Source: Octopus vulgaris
Taxonomy: Eukaryota
Length of the DNA stretch: 62,000 nucleotides
Direction of reading: 5' to 3'
Assembly: GCA_951406725.2 (NCBI GenBank)
Contig: OX597822.1
Coordinates: 43,544,001 to 43,606,000, forward strand
The notes under the pieces: generated by a model
What the model was told of the DNA's origin: nothing
The model's database searches: none
The model's input: the letters and a program-made list of their open reading frames with translations, nothing else
In this document: piece by piece, positions 54,870-62,000 of the stretch
How the letters are laid out: every line of letters begins with the position of its first letter
Position numbering within the stretch: the first letter of the stretch is position 1
Made by a program: the position numbers and the translations under genes

Positions 54870-55790
54870 TGCACCCAGAAACATTTAAGAATCAAGATGA
54901 AGAAAGAATAATTGGATAATGAAATTCCTCAGGGAAATGGAAGGAAAAAAACAAGATCAACACTTGAGATGGCTAAGAAAAAATTGATCTGAAAAGACGC
55001 ACTGTGGCATTGATATGCAGCGCCCAGGAACAAGCTCTGAGAACTCATTACAACAAGTTCCAAATAGTTAAGAGCAGCGAATCGCCCCTTGTAGGATGTG
55101 TGGCAGGAAAAACGAAATTATCTCACATATTTTGAGTGAATGTAGGAATCCGGCCCAAAAGCAACACGAATGGAGGCACAATAACATGGCTAAGTGGCTA
55201 AGTTCGTCCACTGGAGGCTATTGAAAAGTACGGCCTGAACAGAGCACAGAAATAGTACGAACATGAACCAGAAGGAGTCACCGAGAACAATAAATATAAG
55301 ATAATGTGCGATTTTACAATCCTGTGTGACTCCCTAATTGATGGTCGGAGACTAGATATTGTTGTGGTACATAAAGGAAAAAAGGAAACCAAGATTATAG
55401 ATATTTCAGTACCTGGGAATTCACGCCTCAGTGACAAAGAACTAGAAGAGTACAGACTACTAAAAGACGAAATTGCAAGTATGAGGACTCTAAGAAGAGT
55501 GTCTATCATACCAGTAGAGGCATTCGGAGAATTGACAACCAAGTTCGAGAAATATGTCACAGAAATCAGAACTGGCATGAGAATAGAGCAAACCCTGAAA
55601 ACTACTCTGCTGGGTAAAGCTATTATTTTGAGATTGATACTTGGGTGTTGAATGTCTTCCACGATGATTCACAATCAAGTATCAAAGCATATAATATACG
55701 GAAAGAGACCGTGTGAGACCTCTGAGTGCAGACAGGTGTCCGCTCTCACAGAATCAACCAGAGAAACAGGACCTAGAACTCTGAGAAGTA
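54870..55790 (+). mobile_element. R4/Dong-like 3' fragment
   Basis: CSAQEQALRTHY, CRMCGRKNEIISHILSEC, DFTILCDSLIDGRRLDIVVV, IIDISVPG; followed by (GAT)n(AAT)n. Confidence 0.8.
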
Positions 55791-56264
55791 AAACGATGAT
55801 GATGATGATGATGATGATGACGATGATGACGATGATGACGATGATGATGATGATAATAATGATAATGATAATAATAATAATGATAATAATAATAATAACA
55901 ATAATAAAAATAATAATGATGATGATGATAACAATAATAATAACAACAACAACAAAAACAACAACAAAAACAATAATAATATTAATAATGATAATAATAA
56001 TAATAATGATTTCAAATTTTGTCACACGGGCAGCAATTTTGAAGGGCGGCATGAGTCGATTAGATCGACCCCAGTAAGCAAATGGCACTTAATTTATCGA
56101 CCTTGAAAAATGGAAGGCAAAGTCAACCTTTACGGAATTTGAACTCAGAACGTAACGGCAGACGAAATGCCTCTAAGTGATACATTTGACGACGCATTAG
56201 ATCACATCGTCTAGGGGTTTCCTTTGATGACATAACCAAACGAATACAAAAATCGGCACCAAAT

Positions 56265-56332
56265 CGACTTCATGAGATATTGTCAGTTGGAATAGAGTTC
56301 ATACCGTCACGTGATAATGACCATCCATCCAC

Positions 56333-56397
<65 letters not shown>

Positions 56398-56493
56398 GGT
56401 CTGTCTATATATTCATCCATCCATCAGTTCCACTTCTTTTAAGTACATTTCGTTTTAAAATTAAACAAATACAGATACATTTGTACTCATAGC

Positions 56494-56542
<49 letters not shown>

Positions 56543-56595
56543 ATACATACTCACCCATAAACATACAAATAAAAGTGCATACATTTTCACATGCT
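56265..56595 (+). repeat. Segment duplicated at 60555-60970
   Basis: TTGTCAGTTGGAATAGAGTTCATAC...CCATCCATCCACCTATC...CATACATACTCACCCATAAACATACAAATAAAAGTGCATACA present in both. Confidence 0.85.
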
Positions 56596-56726
56596 AACGA
56601 TTCTGCCAACTCGCAACCACTTAGGCAAATTGCAAGCGCTATTGGGCGGGGCGTATAGGTGGTTAGTAAAAGCTATCGACCCCATCGGTTAGATCACTTG
56701 TGGAATAAACCACTATATTTTGTATG

Positions 56727-56789
<63 letters not shown>

Positions 56790-56791
<2 letters not shown>

Positions 56792-57205
56792 TTGTAAAGT
56801 AACGATTGTTTGCGAACCTGATGTGGCAGCCCTATTTTGGGGCGAATGCTACTGTTGTTTAGTCCCAGGAGACATCGACTCCAGCTGGCTATACGACACA
56901 CTATCTGTGTCTCTATATTTTCGAACAAGAGAGGTATACCCCCCACCCAGCACAAAGCAGTATCGTACGGTTTCAGACGAAAAGTTATTCAGTTCCGACG
57001 AAGAGAACACCCCCTGAAACTGTACGGTCAACAAATATTGCTTTGTTCTGGGATGGGGTGCTAATCTTCCCTTTTAGAAAATATGAGGACATAGACCATG
57101 TGTCGTATAGACAGCTGGAGACGATTTTTCGGTGGGCTAAAGAACAGTAGCAATCGCGCCAATGTAGGACTGCCACATCAGGTTGGCAATAAGGTTTGTA
57201 ACTTA
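56790..57205. mobile_element. Diverged fold-back with a central hammerhead motif
   Basis: AACCTGATGTGGCAG...CCAGCTG.CTATACGACAC arms in opposite orientation; centre has CCGACGA(56995)-AGAG..CCCT-GAAAC-TGTACG-GTC(57029). Confidence 0.65.
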
Positions 57206-57235
57206 ATATCACTCGTTGAGAGATTTAGGAACAAC

Positions 57236-59432
57236 CATCACTCTGCTTAATGCAGACTTGAAAATTTTGGCCAAGGTGTTAGCCAAGAGGTTGGCGCTTG
57301 TCATCGAGAAACTGGTCGACAAGGCGCAAACGTGCGCCGTGCCGGGCCGGACCATCCATGACAACCTCCACCTGATGCGCTACATCATAGACAGGGTAGT
57401 TAACGAACCTGGCATGGGTGGGGCGCTGATCAATTTGGATCAATCGAAAACTTTCGATAGGGTAGACCATCGATACTTGGAGGCAGTCCTCAGAGCGGCT
57501 GGCTTCGGTCCCGTCTTCCGCGGCTGGATAGCCGCTTTGTACAGAGGCATCCGTTCGGTAATTCGCGTAAATGGACATCTATCGAGACCTTTCGACATCG
57601 CACGTTCGGTCCGTCAGGGATGCCCCCTCTCGGCGCTTCTATACGTATTGACTCTCGAGCCACTACTGCGGAAGCTGGCGACTCTGAAGGGCATCCCGCG
57701 AGAACTGGGATGCGGGACGAGTGTGTCTGCATACGCGGACGACGTCACCGTCATAGTGTCTAGCCACGAGCAGGTCGGCAAACACTGAAAAACTACGAAG
57801 CGGTGACAGGAGCAAAAATCAACCTGGAAAAGTCAGTGGGTTTGCGACTAGGCACCTGGAGAAGCAAGCCCATGCCGTCCACCAGCGCCTCCGTTGTGGG
57901 ACGCTGGATCGACGGTCCGGTCGAGTTGCTCGGGGTCTGGTTCGGTTCGGACCTCCAAATGGAGAAGAACTGGAACGAGATAACGAGTAGGGTGGTCTCT
58001 CTCGCCCGGCAATGGGCCGAGAGGAAACTGTCCCTAAAAGGTCGGGTGAAGGTGGCGAACACGTACATCGCGTCCGTCATCTATTACTGCCTGACCGTCG
58101 TGCCTTGTCCCAACCCTACCATCACCAAACTAGAACGCATTCTCTTTTGCTTCTTGTGGAAAGGATGCGTCCCGATGGTCAGGCGATCCATTTGCTGTCA
58201 ACACCCGTTAAAAGGAGGATTGGGCATGCCGTGGTTGATGATGCGCAGACACGCGCTGAGACTGCAACATCTCAGGCTTTTCGTAGACGAAGGTGAACAG
58301 GTGTGGTCGCCGTTTGTGAGGCTCGTCTCCATGACCGAACTGCAATCGTGGATCAAAAAAAGGGCGAGGAAGGGCGAATGGCACCGCGAGTGTCGCGTTG
58401 CTCTCAAGCAACTCTGCCGTCCTGGGTCAACCTTGAGTGACTCCATCACAACCAAAGCATTCTATAGGGGATTAGTGGAGGGGAGGTACGACGACGAGCT
58501 CGGGGCGAACCTGGACGTCGACGAGGAATACCTGACCCGCCTGTTCGGGACGACTTTCGGGCCAGGGCCCATGGACAACTTCCAGAGATCCCTGGCCTGG
58601 CAGTGGTACCGAGAAGCGCTACCTGTTCGGGATAAGCTCTACAGACACGGCTCGAGAAACACGGGGCCGACCTGCCCGAGATGTGGTCAGAGCGACGAAA
58701 CCGTTCTGCACGTACCCGTGCAGTGTGCAACAATTTCCGACCTGTGGGCTTATGTCGAACAACTGCTGTCACGTGTGGGACGAGTCGGTTTAGTAGCTGA
58801 GTCTATCGTCAATATTGTCACGCCTCCTTCCTTCAAACGGGAAGGAAGAGCTATTTTCATCATCCTTGTGGCTATGGCGAAAGAATGTATCTGGTGGACG
58901 CGTCTGAAAGGATTGGAAACAAACACCTTCCTCTCTGATCACCCTCTCATCAACTTCTTCAAGTACCACTTGAAAAGGAAAGTGAGAGTAGAAAGGCAAG
59001 TTTTGTCTAGCGAATGTTTTAAAAAAAGATGGGTGAATGTAGCAAGGATGGCACGTGGATGGCAAGGATGTAACAAGAATGGTCTATTTCGTAGGCTTTT
59101 CTTCCCACGGATAAACCTTACTTGCTTTCCCCTTTACACCATACATCATGACACTGTGATACACGATCCCTATTGATCGTTTTCTTTTCCTCTTCCCCCC
59201 TTTTTTCCGCTTTTTCTTCTTTTTTCATTTTTCTCTTCCTTTGTTCCTTTTCCCTTTTTTCTTATTTTCTTTTCCTTTTTTTTTTGTTCTTTTTTCCCTT
59301 TTACGATCCCTTTTGATCGAAAACCTACGCCACCCTTTTTTTTAATTCTTTTTTTTTTCATCCCCCAACAGAAAAGCTCTACCTTGTAACTTGTCCCATG
59401 TGTGTGCAGCCCTGTGTGGCCAATAAAGAAAC

Positions 59433-59433
<1 letters not shown>
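57236..59433 (+). mobile_element. Tx1/L1-like LINE copy D, truncated within RT
   Basis: ITLLNADLKILAK...QGCPLS...YADD...CPRCGQSDETVLHVPVQC; ends AATAAAGAAACT|TATC; 5' flank is not TATC. Confidence 0.95.
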
Positions 59434-59496
<63 letters not shown>

Positions 59497-59569
59497 ATAT
59501 ATATATATATATATATATACATAACATACACACACACGCGCGCGCTCATACACGCACACATATAGGCGC

Positions 59570-59995
59570 TAGAAGGTCTGTGTGTTAAGAAGCTTGCTTT
59601 CCAACGACATGTTTCCGGGTTCAGTCCAACTGCATAGCAATTTGGGCAAGTGTCTTCTACTATACACTTGGGCCGGCCAAACCCTTGTGAATGGATTTGG
59701 GTGACGGAAACAGAAAGAAGCCCTTCGTATATATACATATGTGTGTGTGTGTGTATACATACATATATATATATATATGTATATATGTATATATATATAT
59801 ACGTATGTGTGTATCTGTGTTCCCCAACCATCGCTGGACAACCGATGTTGCTGTGTATACGTCCTCGTCACATAGCTGTTCGGCAGAAAGAGACCGACAG
59901 AATAAGTACTAAGCTCACAAAGAATAAGTCCTTGGGTGGATTTGTTCGACCAAAGGCGGTGCCCCAGCATGGCCGCAGTGAAAAACTGAAACATG
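59570..59995 (+). mobile_element. SINE family S1, complete, diverged
   Basis: Head, (TA)(TG) mix, 3' half ending AAAACTGAAACATGTAAAA. Confidence 0.8.
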
Positions 59996-60623
59996 TAAAA
60001 GGATGTGTATATATATATATATATATATATATTTGCATGTATGTATATATGTATGCATGCATATATGTCTATTTATTTTATGTATAATCATATCCATGCA
60101 GATATAGAAAATTCTACTTTCACCCAAACTTCTTCTCTCATCGGCGCAGGATACTACAATTATGAATAATTGTATATTAAATTTTGTAACGAGTAGAGGA
60201 GAGCAAAGATCACAGGTTGCTAACGCGGCAAGTGATATCACAACATAGAAAAACCGTAAAATATTGACCAGTGGTCGTTGCTTTAAAACTATTTATATTA
60301 ATGATTTTTGCCTCGTGTTCGTCCCACGATACTCCCCCAGCCCATATCCAATATCTTGTCGCTAACCGTATATCGCTAAAAGCCTGCTATTAGCCATTAA
60401 CATTAAGCATTAACCTGCGTTCCAACTGCAGTCAGGCCCCTAAAGTGGTTAGCAGAATTTCCATCTAGCTATTAGAGTGGTCATCTCCGGTCAAACGTTG
60501 AAGCGTTGATCGGAGATATCGTTTTGTAACCCTTGCCTGGCTTTGATCCCATTATTGACTTCATGAAATGTTGTCAGTTGGAATAGAGTTCATACAGTCA
60601 CGTGATAATGACCATCCATCCAC

Positions 60624-60708
<85 letters not shown>

Positions 60709-60825
60709 GGTCTGTCTATCTATTCATCCATCCATCAGTTCCAAATTCGGTGTGTTGGTGAGGCAATTCCTTGTATATATGTATATATATATACGTATGT
60801 GTGTATCTGTGTTCCCCAACGATCG

Positions 60826-60922
<97 letters not shown>

Positions 60923-61006
60923 TACTCACCCATAAACATACAAATAAAAGTGCATACATGTTCACATGCTCAATCTCGGTCATTAAGTGTCTGTGTAGTA
61001 GGGCGC

Positions 61007-61051
<45 letters not shown>

Positions 61052-61083
61052 AATCTATCTATCTATCTATCTATCTATCTATA

Positions 61084-61220
61084 TTGTTCTTTTCTTCCTT
61101 TTACGATCCCTCTTGATCGAAAACCTACGCCGCCCCCCTTTTTTTTCATCCCCCAAAAGAAAAGCTCTACCTTGTAACTTGTCCCATCTGTGTGCAGCCC
61201 TGTGTGGCCAATAAAGAAAC

Positions 61221-61221
<1 letters not shown>
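61084..61221 (+). mobile_element. Tx1/L1-like copy E, 3' UTR only, between (TATC)n arrays
   Basis: Nearly identical to the last 140 bp of copy D; ends AATAAAGAAACT|TATC. Confidence 0.85.
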
Positions 61222-61297
<76 letters not shown>

Positions 61298-61298
61298 A

Positions 61299-61387
<89 letters not shown>

Positions 61388-61414
61388 ACTATCTATCTAT
61401 CTATCTATCTATCT

Positions 61415-61601
61415 CAAAAAAAAAAGGAAAAAAGAGAGCCACTTACTGTAATGTTTTTTTTTACATGACACTATTGCCCAAGGTTCCCGTGGTCTTTTTT
61501 CTTTTTTCTTTCTTTCATTTTTCTCTTCTTCCCAAGGAGAAAAGCTCTACTTTGTATTTTGTCCCTTCTGTGTTAGGCCCTGCGTGTCCAATAAAGAAAC
61601 A
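61415..61601 (+). mobile_element. Tx1/L1-like copy F, 3' UTR only, between (TATC)n arrays
   Basis: Matches the copy A 3' UTR type (GGAAAAAAGAGAG.CAC.TACTGTAAT...ACATGACA.TATTGCCCAAGGTT); ends AATAAAGAAACA|TATC. Confidence 0.85.
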
Positions 61602-61711
<110 letters not shown>

Positions 61712-62000
61712 ACTATCCTTCGACCATTCTATCTGTTTCTCTATCTGTCTATCTCTGTATTTTGTCTGTCTATTTGTCTATCTCGATTTGTACATTTGTA
61801 CACGCATATATCTCTACATATATATGCGTTTCTATAAATAGGCATACACACATGCACGCACACATACACCCATACACACACATACATACACACACACACA
61901 CACGTTTGGGGCTTCGTGTCTCAGCTAGAGACTATTACGTAATTATTTGTAATCCAATTATCAGTGAATTATTATCAAATTTAATTGTCTCCTCGCAAAG

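Overview
AT-rich, microsatellite-saturated eukaryotic DNA. The SINE families and repeat texture look like an octopus genome (my recognition, no database search run). No host gene is securely identifiable; a chain of small candidate exons (11756-25575) may belong to one + strand gene. Three mobile-element systems dominate, each tied to its own microsatellite. (1) Six + strand copies of a Tx1/L1-like LINE (one full length, 13821-19727) all end AATAAA(G/A)A..|TATC without poly(A), and five also start directly after a (TATC)n array, suggesting a GATA/TATC-targeting site-specific retrotransposon. (2) Several distinct hammerhead-ribozyme-bearing repeats of Penelope/retrozyme type, most abutting (TA)n: a 484-bp tandem array (1-829), a 361-bp tandem array with a fold-back (46264-47467), a 1.2-kb fold-back (27953-29179), a 158-bp palindrome (29373-29530) and a diverged fold-back (56790-57205). 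(3) At least five R4/Dong-like 3' fragments stacked among (TAA)n arrays (52305-55790). Also present: Tc1, mariner, Penelope and RTE remnants, many tRNA-derived SINEs and local duplications. All folding and alignments were done by eye.
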